Source: a virus. Taken from it: a DNA stretch of 64,000 nt. Position 1 is the stretch's first letter; each line of letters opens with the position of its first letter. The notes below the pieces were generated by a model, which searched no databases, was not told the DNA's origin, and saw only the letters and a program-made list of their open reading frames with translations. Of this stretch, positions 36,888-44,983 are shown in pieces. The stretch lies in the IMG/VR virus record IMGVR_UViG_3300042203_000045, one strand, 5' to 3'. The position numbers and the translations under genes are program-made.

Positions 36888-37370
36888 ATGATTTTCGAGA
36901 AGCGCACAAACAAGTTTTCGACCCAATGCCCCGACTGCGGCGCGCGCGTTGTGGTGTTACGCACAGTTGGCGGCGCGGGGTTTGTTGTTGGCAATCACAC
37001 CGAACCCCAATGTCCCCATTGTCATGCAGGCGTTGTTGGGATGCGGTTTGAATTTGGCCCTGAGCTTACTGAATCTGTTGACATGGGCGATGCCCCGTTC
37101 CGTGTTGGCGATGAAGTTTACCTAAGCCGCACTGGCGAAAAGTGCACCGTCGCCAAGGTTTGGGCAGAGCAACCGCTTGTTGAAGATAAGCCGAAATGGA
37201 TGGCAAAAATGACTAGCGGTAAGTGGTCTTTTGCCAGCAGCTTCGCCACCGAACCGCCCGCCCGCCTGCCTGAGCAGCCGAAGCCGCGCTGTCCCATCTG
37301 TGGCGGAGTGATGACAAAGAGCAATTCTTTTATTGACGCTGGCGGCTTCCGTCGCCATGAGGGATGCTAG
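36888..37370 (+). CDS. Zinc-finger protein
   Basis: CPDC, CPHC, CPIC; AAGGA RBS. Confidence 0.6.
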   Translation: MIFEKRTNKFSTQCPDCGARVVVLRTVGGAGFVVGNHTEPQCPHCHAGVVGMRFEFGPELTESVDMGDAPFRVGDEVYLSRTGEKCTVAKVWAEQPLVEDKPKWMAKMTSGKWSFASSFATEPPARLPEQPKPRCPICGGVMTKSNSFIDAGGFRRHEGC

Positions 37371-37372
37371 CT

Positions 37373-37660
37373 ATGAACGTCCTTATCCGTGACATCCCCG
37401 ACGAACTCAACGCCCGCATGGACGCCACCGCCCACGACCTGGGCATCAGTAAGCAGCAGATGCTGCTAGACCTGCTGGCGGCCACCTACAGCGAACCGCC
37501 CGCCGTGATCGGTTGGGTGCGCTTCGACCGCCGCGGCGAGTTGGACGCAAACACAGATTGCCCCGAATGCGGGCAACCGTTCGCCGAAGTTTGGGCCGGC
37601 CTGCTTACCAATGGTCAATGGGTCGCACCACGCTGCCGCATGTGTGCGATGAGCGAATAG
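37373..37660 (+). CDS. Ribbon-helix-helix (FitA/Arc-like) plus zinc ribbon
   Basis: MNVLIRDIPDEL..R....A...GIS; CPEC...CRMC. Confidence 0.7.
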   Translation: MNVLIRDIPDELNARMDATAHDLGISKQQMLLDLLAATYSEPPAVIGWVRFDRRGELDANTDCPECGQPFAEVWAGLLTNGQWVAPRCRMCAMSE

Positions 37661-37783
37661 CCCCCCGCCCCTGCGCCCGCCGCCCTGGCCGCCGCCGCCG
37701 TCTGGTGGGTCGAAAACAACATTATCAATATGTTTCGGGCAGACGAGTACAGATAATCACCGTTATCACGACACAGGAGGAAC

Positions 37784-37999
37784 ATGGACGCCTTAACAAC
37801 AATTCGAGATTATCTCGACCAAGCGAACAATGCGCTTGAGCAAGCAGTCTGCGAAGCAGAAGATGAATCTGCAATATCTGCACGGCAATTCGAGAGACTC
37901 GAAACTGCCCAGGCAATGGTGTTCGATTTGCTTAAGCGTATTGACGCCAAATTGCGACACGCGCAAGCGGAGACCCAACAAAGCGAGGTGCAGCCGTGA
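37784..37999 (+). CDS. Hypothetical protein (cassette 1, ends SEVQP)
   Basis: AGGAGG RBS. Confidence 0.6.
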   Translation: MDALTTIRDYLDQANNALEQAVCEAEDESAISARQFERLETAQAMVFDLLKRIDAKLRHAQAETQQSEVQP

Positions 38000-38265
38000 G
38001 TGACCGTAACTACTACATGGAGGCAACCAACACTATTTGGGGCCACAAAAATTGGGACACTGCGCTACAACTGTTGCAGCAGGCGCAGGCCGAAATCGAC
38101 CAGTTGCGCGCCGCCCTGGCCGCCGTGCCAGTGGAAGCGTTGCGGCGCTACTTGCGCTATAGCCAAGTGCCTGATCGCCACCACCGTTACGACGCCGCAG
38201 AGCAGCGGGCAGACGAGGCGGCAATTACCGCATGGCTGGCGCAGCAAAGCGAGGTGCAGCCGTGA
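37996..38265 (+). CDS. Hypothetical protein (cassette 2, ends SEVQP)
   Basis: GTGA-coupled. Confidence 0.6.
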   Translation: MSDRNYYMEATNTIWGHKNWDTALQLLQQAQAEIDQLRAALAAVPVEALRRYLRYSQVPDRHHRYDAAEQRADEAAITAWLAQQSEVQP

Positions 38266-38519
38266 GCGAACGACAGCGCGACCCCGAAGTCGCGAAAAAA
38301 CCAGCCTATATCAGCTATTGCCGCGTCTGTGGCGGCATGACTGGCTGCTGTGCGGACACCCCGGAGCGGGCGCGCGACGTGGCCAAATTTGCCAGCGAGT
38401 GCATCACCGGCGGCCTGATTGTGGAGCGCAAGACCGCCGCTGACGTGTGGTCCGCTACGTGGTGTACGTGTGGACAAGAACAAGAGCAGCCGACGCTGTT
38501 CGCTGAGGTGCAGCCGTGA
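38262..38519 (+). CDS. Cys-containing hypothetical protein (cassette 3, ends EVQP)
   Basis: GTGA-coupled. Confidence 0.6.
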   Translation: MSERQRDPEVAKKPAYISYCRVCGGMTGCCADTPERARDVAKFASECITGGLIVERKTAADVWSATWCTCGQEQEQPTLFAEVQP

Positions 38520-38857
38520 GCGGAAATCTGATAACGGAGACGGACGCCTGGGGATTTACCGCTTCAGGCGCAGACAAAAGCCTGCTGAGCATGTTCGTCG
38601 CAGTATCCGTGCCGTTACGCCTGGCGGGCTTGCAAAAAAAAGGCGGACCGAGCGACCTGGACTACGAACTGGCGCGCGGCTTTGCAGAAGAACTCGCAGA
38701 ACATGGCGACAACCTGCTTTACCGCGGAAAAAAGTCAGGCGAGACAGCGCGTTTGGCGAATGGGCTGGCGCACGCAATTGCCGTCTTCGCTTTTCAGCCA
38801 GGCGGGGTGAGGATTTTCGGGTATCACTTTGAGGCAAAAAGCGAGGCGCGCCCGTGA
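38516..38857 (+). CDS. Hypothetical protein (cassette 4, ends SEARP)
   Basis: GTGA-coupled. Confidence 0.6.
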   Translation: MSGNLITETDAWGFTASGADKSLLSMFVAVSVPLRLAGLQKKGGPSDLDYELARGFAEELAEHGDNLLYRGKKSGETARLANGLAHAIAVFAFQPGGVRIFGYHFEAKSEARP

Positions 38858-39078
38858 GCAACATGCGAATCACCAAACGACTCATGCGGGAAATAAACGC
38901 CGGCGCGACAGCCCAGGCAAGGCGAGAATGGGCGCAACTGGCCGCCGCCGCCGCCGCCAATGGATACGCTGAGGATGCGCAGCGCATGGCCCCACCAGCC
39001 GGCGCGGATCACCAGATCATTGATAGTCGCATCGAGTCGCTTGCAGCCGTGATGGGGATAAAGCCCCAGTACAGATAA
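38854..39078 (+). CDS. Hypothetical protein (cassette 5)
   Basis: GTGA-coupled. Confidence 0.55.
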   Translation: MSNMRITKRLMREINAGATAQARREWAQLAAAAAANGYAEDAQRMAPPAGADHQIIDSRIESLAAVMGIKPQYR

Positions 39079-39098
39079 GGAGGATTATCCCGATAGAG

Positions 39099-39133
39099 GG
39101 TAGCGGGCGAGCCACATTGGCTCGCCCGCTACC
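39099..39133. terminator. Long hairpin between convergent genes
   Basis: GGTAGCGGGCGAGCCA...TGGCTCGCCCGCTACC. Confidence 0.75.
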
Positions 39134-39489
39134 TACCCCACCCGCCGCACTTTGTTAAGCGTCGTGCGGTACATGGCCGCCGCCGTCGCTTGCCCCGACA
39201 TCAGCGCCTTAACCTGTTGCAGCAGCGTAATGCAGCCAGCCAGGTCAGACGCCGTGATGCCAAGCGCCGCAACGTCGGCGTCGGTGAATGCACCCACGTC
39301 GAAAAACTCCGCCTCCAGGTCTGCCGCGCTGTCCGCCGCAGTCGCCAGGGATTGCACCGCCTGCACGATAGCCCGCGCCGTCTGAATTTTTGCCATTAGT
39401 CGCCTAGCCTCCGCTTCGTTGTCACACTCGATATTCTGCCCGTTAATGCTGGCGTACCACTGCCCACCCTCACTCTGCCATACTTCCAT
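39133..39489 (-). CDS. Hypothetical protein following the fibre-like ORF
   Basis: GGGGG RBS; 118 aa. Confidence 0.6.
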   Translation of the reverse strand: MEVWQSEGGQWYASINGQNIECDNEAEARRLMAKIQTARAIVQAVQSLATAADSAADLEAEFFDVGAFTDADVAALGITASDLAGCITLLQQVKALMSGQATAAAMYRTTLNKVRRVG

Positions 39490-39498
39490 GCCGCCCCC

Positions 39499-40377
39499 TT
39501 AGTGCACCACACAAACCACGTCGGGATCGCCGCCTGTGCGGTAGAACGCGCCCGCGGTCAGCCCGCCCGCAACCGCCGCCGCGTTGTTGGCGTATGTCGG
39601 CAAGCCGGTAACGTGCAGTTTGCTTTTGGGCGACGTGGTGCCAATCCCGACATTGCCGCTTGGCGCGATGAATATGGCTACAATCGCCGTCGTCGTGCCG
39701 GTTGGAATTACGCGAATCTGGTAAGACGAGCCGGTTGCCGTGCTCGACCAGGCTTCTTCCGCCTTGACGAGTGTTGCTACTGCACGCGTGTAGGCGCTGC
39801 CGTTCCAGCCGTAAAATGAATGGTAGCCGATCTCCGCGCCGGAAGCCATCGCCGCCGTGTCATCTCCGGTTGCGCCGCGTTTGTAGAGGTTCAGGCCGGT
39901 TGACGAGTTGAACGCATTGGCAATGTACAGCCCCGGGTTGCCGGCTATCTCCAAAGTTTCCGCCGAGATAGTCGAGCGCCCAATGCCGACGCGCCCGCCG
40001 GACGGTTGCAGAATCAAGTAGCCCTTCGTGGCGTGCGCCGTGCTATCGAGCGTCAGGTCGTCGGTTGAATTGACGCCGCCATAAAGAACCTGCCCGCCGC
40101 TGCGTCCCGCGAGTAGCGCATATCCTGCGTGATCATCGTCGTTCAGGCCGTCCTGTGCGCCGTGATCGTGCTTATGCAGCGCCGTCTGCCCGCCGTCGGT
40201 CAGGTCAGCATAGTCGGCGTTCGTCAGCGCCACATACGCCTCCAGTAGCGCCAGCACCTCCGTCTCCGTGTAATAGCGCGTGTCATGCGTGTGGCCCGCC
40301 GCCGAGCCGCCGCCCGCCCTGCGCCCGCCGGCCACCCCCATCTGGCGGGCGCAGGGCATAGGAGCCAACTCCCACAT
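39499..40377 (-). CDS. Tail-fibre tip-like ORF (possibly 5'-truncated)
   Basis: HTHDTRYYTETE, HKHDH, GRVGIG, GNVGIGTTSP..KLHV and LPTYANNAAA..GGL fibre motifs; doubtful N-terminus. Confidence 0.65.
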   Translation of the reverse strand: MWELAPMPCARQMGVAGGRRAGGGSAAGHTHDTRYYTETEVLALLEAYVALTNADYADLTDGGQTALHKHDHGAQDGLNDDDHAGYALLAGRSGGQVLYGGVNSTDDLTLDSTAHATKGYLILQPSGGRVGIGRSTISAETLEIAGNPGLYIANAFNSSTGLNLYKRGATGDDTAAMASGAEIGYHSFYGWNGSAYTRAVATLVKAEEAWSSTATGSSYQIRVIPTGTTTAIVAIFIAPSGNVGIGTTSPKSKLHVTGLPTYANNAAAVAGGLTAGAFYRTGGDPDVVCVVH

Positions 40378-40393
40378 CCCGCCCGCCCGAACC

Positions 40394-40453
40394 TGTCAAT
40401 ATCGCATTTGCACCATATTGCGTATTGACAATATGGCGATAATGGATTATACT
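40394..40453 (+). promoter_or_regulatory. Promoter of the plus-strand island with inverted repeats
   Basis: TTGACA (40425)-17 bp-TATACT (40448); TGTCAATA...TATTGACA and CCATATTG...CAATATGG. Confidence 0.75.
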
Positions 40454-40496
40454 GACATGTACAGGCAGGCAAACGCAGGCATGAAAGGAAAGAACG

Positions 40497-40730
40497 ATGA
40501 ACGGCAACACTTGGCAGCAGTATTGTGAATCCAACGGCGCATCTCTGTATGTCGCCTGGTGCAACGGTCAGCGCATGACGGTTCGCAAGTTGAGCGCAAT
40601 TTACAACTGGATCAAGTGGCAGTTGTGGGCGGAATGGGAGCGGGCGGACGATGTTTCGACGGACGAAGCCCGCCGTTTGTCGGATGTGTTGGCCGCCGTC
40701 AATTGCGACATAGCGAAGCTTCAGAAGTAG
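40497..40730 (+). CDS. Hypothetical protein
   Basis: AAGGA RBS. Confidence 0.55.
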   Translation: MNGNTWQQYCESNGASLYVAWCNGQRMTVRKLSAIYNWIKWQLWAEWERADDVSTDEARRLSDVLAAVNCDIAKLQK

Positions 40731-40809
40731 TCCGCCACGCAGAGTGACGCCCCACCTCCAGGGGCAGCGCTGGCACAGGTAGAACGCAGACACGAAAGGA
40801 CACCGAACC

Positions 40810-41457
40810 ATGTACGCAAAGCTCGAAGAAGTCACATTGATCCACCCGTCGAAGTACCGCAAGCTCGCGGGCCACGAAGACCGCCCCATCTACGAGCGGG
40901 GACTGAATATGGATCGCATCTTCACTTTCGACTCCGAGCCGACCAAGTACGATTCCGCCGCCCCCCAGCGGTACGGCGTCGCCTACATCGGCCCCAACGA
41001 AGACGTTTGCATCGTCCCCGACAAGTGGAACGAAGACGACTCCTGGATCGCCCGCCGGGCCGTCCGCCCTGACTGGCTGGTGTTCACGGTCAAGGGGAGT
41101 GTTGGGGAGTTGGTCATTTCCAGCAAGGCCGTGTTCGTCAAGGCCAGTGAAGGCCAGCGGTTCGCCTGGCACGAAGCCATCGAAGTCAACGGGCAGATGT
41201 ACGCAGCGGACAGCCGCTACGAAATCATCGCCGGCCCGTTCGCCAAGATTGACGACCTGCCGACCGCCGCCAGTCTGCGCGAGGGTTTTTATCAGTTCCA
41301 CGCCCGCGACCTGGACGGGCGCTGGTATTTGGTTGTTGACCCAGGGTGGCAGAATGAGCCGGAAAGCGCCGCCGCCCCCGACATCCGGGACGCAGACGGC
41401 AAGCTCGACATCGCCAAGGTCATTGCCCAGTTCAACGGGCCGGAAGCGGGCGAATAG
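40810..41457 (+). CDS. Hypothetical protein
   Basis: 215 aa, AAGGA RBS, coding-like GC3. Confidence 0.7.
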   Translation: MYAKLEEVTLIHPSKYRKLAGHEDRPIYERGLNMDRIFTFDSEPTKYDSAAPQRYGVAYIGPNEDVCIVPDKWNEDDSWIARRAVRPDWLVFTVKGSVGELVISSKAVFVKASEGQRFAWHEAIEVNGQMYAADSRYEIIAGPFAKIDDLPTAASLREGFYQFHARDLDGRWYLVVDPGWQNEPESAAAPDIRDADGKLDIAKVIAQFNGPEAGE

Positions 41458-41589
41458 CCAACCAAGCACACCAGGGGGCAGCGCACGCACGCAACGGGGC
41501 GGCGCAGCAGCACGGCAGGCGGGGGCCGCGCTGCAACAACAGGTAAACAACAACAGGCCGCACGACGGCGGCGAAAGGGTAGCAAACGC

Positions 41590-41784
41590 ATGAAAACCAC
41601 AAAAGAGATCGTCTACTGGCAGGGGCCGGGTTGGTACGCGAGTCGGCAAGACGCCGACGGCAACCAGACCACGTACCGCTTCGGGAGCGATCCCAAGCGG
41701 GAGCCGGACGCCCGCACCCTGGAGGGATACGGCTCCGCTACGTGGTACAGCAGCCCGCCCGCATGGGCGACTGACATCCGCTAG
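41590..41784 (+). CDS. Hypothetical protein
   Basis: RBS; 64 aa. Confidence 0.55.
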   Translation: MKTTKEIVYWQGPGWYASRQDADGNQTTYRFGSDPKREPDARTLEGYGSATWYSSPPAWATDIR

Positions 41785-41833
41785 CCCCACACGCCCCGCC
41801 AGCCGGCGTCATAGGCTGGCAAAGGAGCAACCC

Positions 41834-42106
41834 GTGACCAACATCCGAAAGGCCCAAATCCAAGCCTACAATGCGCAAGCCGCCCTGGTGTACGACCTGA
41901 GCCGGGCGTGGGCCGACGCCGACGGCGACCGCGCCGCCTGCTCCAAGCTCAGCGCACAGTGGGCGCAGGCAAACGAAATCCTCACCGGCATGGAAGATGC
42001 CGGCTACACCCCTCAGCGGTGGGGCATGGGCCTTGCCGCCCGCTGGGAAACCGGCGACGAAACGTCCGCCGAACTAGAACGCCTTAACGGGGCGGATTGG
42101 GACTAG
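41834..42106 (+). CDS. Hypothetical protein
   Basis: AAGGAG RBS, GTG start. Confidence 0.55.
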   Translation: MTNIRKAQIQAYNAQAALVYDLSRAWADADGDRAACSKLSAQWAQANEILTGMEDAGYTPQRWGMGLAARWETGDETSAELERLNGADWD

Positions 42107-42109
42107 CCC

Positions 42110-42742
42110 GTGAACATTCGCGACCACATCCTCAAATCCATCCGCGCCGGCCTGCCCGCCCGCTTCGACGTACAGGTCGAGCGCGGCGGCGTCCTTTTCA
42201 CCGCCGCCGACGATGGCGAGTTCATCGCCTTCGACGACCTCGGCTTCAACCCCCGCCTCGGCTACTACCGCCTGAGCACGTTCCCCGACGTGCCCAGCGA
42301 GTGCACCAACGACAACCCCGAATCCATCCACATCCTGGAAGGCTCCGATGCTGACGGGGCCGATCCCCTCTACGTCTGGCGCGACGCCGACGGCGACCTG
42401 CACATGCTGGGAGAGGCGCACCAGGCCGCCGACCTCTACGCGGCCCTGTGCGAACTCATGTTCAACGGACGCCCCACCGGCGCACCCATCAGCGAGCACG
42501 ACCCCGCCTGGGGCCGCAACTTCGACATCGCCCGCGCCGTCGAAGAAGCCTGGGCTTTCGGCCTGGAAGGCGACGGCGAGAGCATCGCCAAGCGCATCCG
42601 CGCCGCCGCCGCCGCCGGTCGCATCCGGGGTGCAAGCCGGGTGGACGGGCGCTGGTCGCTGCCACCCTTCACCCTGCGCGGCTGGCTGGTGCGCACGCGC
42701 GACGAAAAGCGCGGGCGCCCGCGTGGAGGCGGCAATGACTGA
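42110..42742 (+). CDS. Protein with C-terminal excisionase/MerR-like HTH
   Basis: IRAAAAAGRIRGA.RVDGRW.LP; RGRP tail. Confidence 0.55.
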   Translation: MNIRDHILKSIRAGLPARFDVQVERGGVLFTAADDGEFIAFDDLGFNPRLGYYRLSTFPDVPSECTNDNPESIHILEGSDADGADPLYVWRDADGDLHMLGEAHQAADLYAALCELMFNGRPTGAPISEHDPAWGRNFDIARAVEEAWAFGLEGDGESIAKRIRAAAAAGRIRGASRVDGRWSLPPFTLRGWLVRTRDEKRGRPRGGGND

Positions 42743-43212
42743 CCACCCCTTGACCCAACTCGCCGCCCGAAATGAAACTCCTGCGGCGCAGCATCCGCAA
42801 GGACGGCTACACCCAACCCGTCGTGAGCTATGCCGCAACCACCGGCAGGCTCCAAGCCGGCGCAGACACCCCCGTCGAGGTGGTGGACGGCTTCCACCGC
42901 ACGCGTGTAGGCAAGGAAGATAAGCAAGTCAGCAACCGCGTGCATGGCTATCTGCCCGTCGCCGTCATCAACAGCGACCGCGCCGACAAGCGCGACCGCA
43001 TGGCCGCCACCATCCGCCACAATCGCGCCCGCGGCGTACACGCTGTCATGCCCATGACTGACATTGTTGCCGACCTCCTGCGCAAAGGCTGGACGGACGC
43101 CGAGATCACAGAGGAACTTGGAATGGACGCAGACGAAGTATTACGCTTCAAGCACCACAGCGGCCTGCCCGAATTGTTCCGAGATGGGGTGTACTCACGG
43201 GCCTGGGAATAA
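42735..43212 (+). pseudogene. IbrB/YbdM-like ParB protein, N-terminally deleted or frameshifted
   Basis: SI..DGYTQP, VVDGFHR, TIRHNRARG, LGMD.DEVLR, SRAWE; coupled ATG at 42735 is out of frame with the body. Confidence 0.65.
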
Positions 43213-43225
43213 TCCCAGGCCCACC

Positions 43226-43531
43226 CTACACCGCCCGCCGCCGCGCCCTGACCAGCGCGGCGGCCTGCGCCACAAAGCCCCAGGCAAAGGCCGTCATCAT
43301 GATCAGCTCAATCCCCCGGATAGGCGCGACAATGTCCCCGCGCGCGATGGCCGGCGCAGGGCCGGCGGTGATGGCGAGCAACGACCAGTACGCCACCATG
43401 CCCCACCAGCCGACGGCAAACGGCAGCATGTAGCGGCAGCGCATCTTGCGCCAGAGGGCGAACGACACGACCACGGCGAACATGCTCACCGCCGCCGCGT
43501 AAATGTTGATCTCGAACGCAAATTCTTGCAC
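43226..43531 (-). CDS. Three-TM membrane protein (holin-like)
   Basis: Three hydrophobic helices, basic C-terminus; GGGAG RBS; end of the late arm. Confidence 0.55.
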   Translation of the reverse strand: MQEFAFEINIYAAAVSMFAVVVSFALWRKMRCRYMLPFAVGWWGMVAYWSLLAITAGPAPAIARGDIVAPIRGIELIMMTAFAWGFVAQAAALVRARRRAV

Positions 43532-43550
43532 GTCACACTCCCCTGACGCG

Positions 43551-44183
43551 TCACCCGCCGCCCAGGCGCACGATAAGCCAACTTAGCGCCACCGACAGCC
43601 CCACTGCCAGCGCCAGCCAGCGAAGCACCTCCGCCCGGCTGATGGATGGCTGCGCGCCCGGCGCGGCGGCGGCCACGCGCTGAAGGTCGCGCACGTAATC
43701 CGGCGCAATGTGCAGGCTGTAATCCCCGTCCCCGCTGTCAGCCATGATGTAAGCGCCGATAGGGTCGCCAGCGTGGCCGTTGCGCCGCGCCGAGTAGTAC
43801 GCCAGCGGCAGCTTCCAGGCTTGGTCATCCAGAATATCCACCTCAGCGCAGATAGCCGTCCGCACCCCATGCCGCACCGAGTAGGACGCCAGCGCCCCGC
43901 TGTTGCATGAGTTGAAGAACAGTTCCGGCGTCTCCTTCAACCGCGCCACCTGTGCGATGTCCTCCGCCGTGAGGATGGCCCCGCCCGACAGCGCCACCCC
44001 GTCCGGCCCGCCGTGGGTGGCAAAATGGATGATGTCGAATGGCGTCTCTCTTGCGCATTGATAGATGTCCTGTGCCGTCACCTCGCCGTTGAGGGTGCTC
44101 GTATGGTGCCATCCCTGGATCATGCGCACTTCAGGGATGGTGTTCAATCCACTCTGCCCAGGCGCCACAATTAACACTCTCAC
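43551..44183 (-). CDS. CHAT-domain (caspase-like, clan CD) protease with C-terminal TM anchor
   Basis: RVLIV.P, DIIHFATHG (catalytic His), FFNSCNS (catalytic Cys), D..A......YY; terminal hydrophobic helix. Confidence 0.85.
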   Translation of the reverse strand: MRVLIVAPGQSGLNTIPEVRMIQGWHHTSTLNGEVTAQDIYQCARETPFDIIHFATHGGPDGVALSGGAILTAEDIAQVARLKETPELFFNSCNSGALASYSVRHGVRTAICAEVDILDDQAWKLPLAYYSARRNGHAGDPIGAYIMADSGDGDYSLHIAPDYVRDLQRVAAAAPGAQPSISRAEVLRWLALAVGLSVALSWLIVRLGGG

Positions 44184-44229
44184 GCTACCCGCCCCGTTCC
44201 CGTATCACTCCACGCACTGCCGCATATTG

Positions 44230-44553
44230 CTACGCCAGGCTCGCCCGAACCTCCCAGCGCGTGATAAACGTCTTAGCTGGCGTCTGCCCGGAAGCGAACG
44301 ACGCCACAAACTGCACATCGAACGCGCCGGCTTCCGCCACATCATCTGCGGCGTAATCCCAGCGGAGCACACCGCCCGGCCCGTCCGCCACATTCAGCGC
44401 CCCCGCAACCGGGCGCGTCTCACCAGACGCCCGGCTGCGGATGAACCCACTCAACGCCGCGCCGGAAAGGTCTTCCGGCGTCCCATCCTCACGCAGCCAG
44501 GCGACAGTCTGCGCCGGGCGCGTCCCCCCGCGTACTGCGCTCGCCAGTGGCAT
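44230..44553 (-). CDS. BppU N-terminal-like structural protein
   Basis: DGTPEDLSGA, G.L.W.Y...D...AG.F..QF. Confidence 0.6.
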   Translation of the reverse strand: MPLASAVRGGTRPAQTVAWLREDGTPEDLSGAALSGFIRSRASGETRPVAGALNVADGPGGVLRWDYAADDVAEAGAFDVQFVASFASGQTPAKTFITRWEVRASLA

Positions 44554-44556
44554 AGC

Positions 44557-44964
44557 CTAAGCGTTCCCGTCGGTGAGCGTGAAGCTTGTGATCGTCACCG
44601 TCTGCCCGCTGGCGATGCTCACATTATCCAGCGTCAGGTCGCCGCCGCCGCCCGTCGCCGTGACTGACCCCTGCAAGTGGCAGGTCACACCGTCGCTGGC
44701 GTAGATGCGCCAGTGCGCCGCCGTGCCCGTCGCGTCCGCGCTGGCGTCCTGCCACGTCCCCGACAGCGCCTTAGCGCCCGACGAAGCCGCGGTCATCCAG
44801 TCCGCTGGCAGGCTCATCGTCGCCAGCACCGTGCCCGAATCCGCCGTCGCGCAACTGGCAGGCTGCGCCCCCGTGCGAATCTTGAGCACCGCCGATGCCC
44901 CGACCGCCGTCTCGATAGCATCCAAGCGAGCGTTGCGAACATTAACCGAAAGCTGTACAGACAT
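44557..44964 (-). CDS. Virion structural protein (beta-rich fibre/decoration-type)
   Basis: RNARLDAI, ADATGTA.HWRI, QG.V...GGG.DL.LDN phage-type motifs. Confidence 0.65.
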   Translation of the reverse strand: MSVQLSVNVRNARLDAIETAVGASAVLKIRTGAQPASCATADSGTVLATMSLPADWMTAASSGAKALSGTWQDASADATGTAAHWRIYASDGVTCHLQGSVTATGGGGDLTLDNVSIASGQTVTITSFTLTDGNA

Positions 44965-44983
44965 GATCTATCTCCCCTTTGCC

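Noticed and set aside
37980..38858. CRISPR or integron attC array
   Set aside because: Repeats are coding junctions separated by whole genes, are not palindromic, and there is no tyrosine integrase
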